Positions 63,076 to 64,000 of a DNA stretch of 64,000 nt are shown in pieces; the stretch's first letter is position 1; the number at the start of each line of letters is the position of its first letter. The notes beneath the pieces were generated by a model. It made no database searches. It worked only from the letters and a program-made list of their open reading frames with translations, and was not told the origin of the DNA. The position numbers were made by a program, and so were the translations under genes. The DNA comes from Octopus vulgaris (lineage: Eukaryota): the NCBI GenBank assembly GCA_951406725.2, contig OX597830.1, positions 70,680,001 through 70,744,000 on the forward strand. Direction: 5' to 3'.

Positions 63076-64000
63076 TACAGACCAATTGATTAAGTATACC
63101 AATTGTACAGGGATCCACTTTGTTTTTCTTCATCTTCCAAACTACTCAATGGAATTTAAGTTGTTGTTGCTGTTATTCAGCCCCCGGCAGCTCTGATCGA
63201 GCAGGCACATAACCAAATGTGTTCCACCTTGACTATCATACCTTTTCTTTTTCCAGGCATCTTGCATGTAAATCTATAATTATTCAATATATTCTGAGAT
63301 AACATCCATATTTTACTGTATTTTTCTGAAGACTGTTGGATTTGACTGCAAGGATGCTTGGCTGCTATTTTTAACAGGTTAAACGAATTTGAAGAAGCCT
63401 TTTAGTTGTTTCGGAAGTTCGAAACAAATATTTGTGGTTGGTTTGATTTATTCATCAATAGATTTTCTATAAGAGGAAAAAAAACCCAGGGATATTGTTT
63501 TAACTGAAATCAATTGTTAACATACAAATAGTATTGTTTTGGAGATAGTCCCTTTCTGAAGTTCCTGTGGATCTGTAGGCAATCTTCTATAGTTCATATT
63601 AAGCTGGTTTATTAACAAGGAAAATATTGTTTTGTTTTTCTCCATCCACTTTTTCTTAGACTATATACTATATCCATTTTATCATGGATATTTTTGTCGA
63701 TAGCAGTAGCCAGTTTCATCTCATAAAATATTTTGAAATCTCCCGTTTCCTGATATTTCGATTCAGTGTGTACAGCTCCACATATATTTTTGTAAAGTAG
63801 AAGTGGAACAAAGAAAAAAAAAAGGAACAAGAATTCTATATCTTACTTGTTTCAGTCATTCTACTGCGGCCAAGGAGGGGTACCGCTGTATAAAATACAT
63901 TGCGATATATTGTCCATCTTTATGCTTTTGGTTCAAATCCAGTCGAGATTGGCTTTGTTTTTCATCCCTTCGGATGAGACCTATTTCTCAAAGATGCACT

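Overview
Eukaryotic, microsatellite-saturated, apparently gene-free DNA. The SINE families and repeat landscape strongly resemble Octopus; this is inferred from recalled repeat sequences, not from a search. I could not support any intact protein-coding gene: most supplied ORFs are translated microsatellites or SINEs. The first ~20 kb is a near-identical 9.8-kb direct duplication on either side of a 100-N gap, probably an assembly artefact. The window holds three tRNA-derived SINE families, a 5S rRNA pseudogene, mariner, Tigger and Merlin-like MITEs, decayed RTE/CR1 LINE pieces, and young 5'-truncated Tx1-like LINE copies embedded in (GATA)n arrays. The main signal is a set of at least five unrelated non-coding 0.2-2 kb elements lying in (TA)n tracts, several arranged as tandem and/or inverted units. 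Each carries a hammerhead ribozyme core (CUGANGA...GAAA...NUH), as in Penelope-like elements or non-LTR retrozymes. One family (43.1-44.5 kb) has the three hammerhead strands in a non-circularly permuted, pseudoknotted order.
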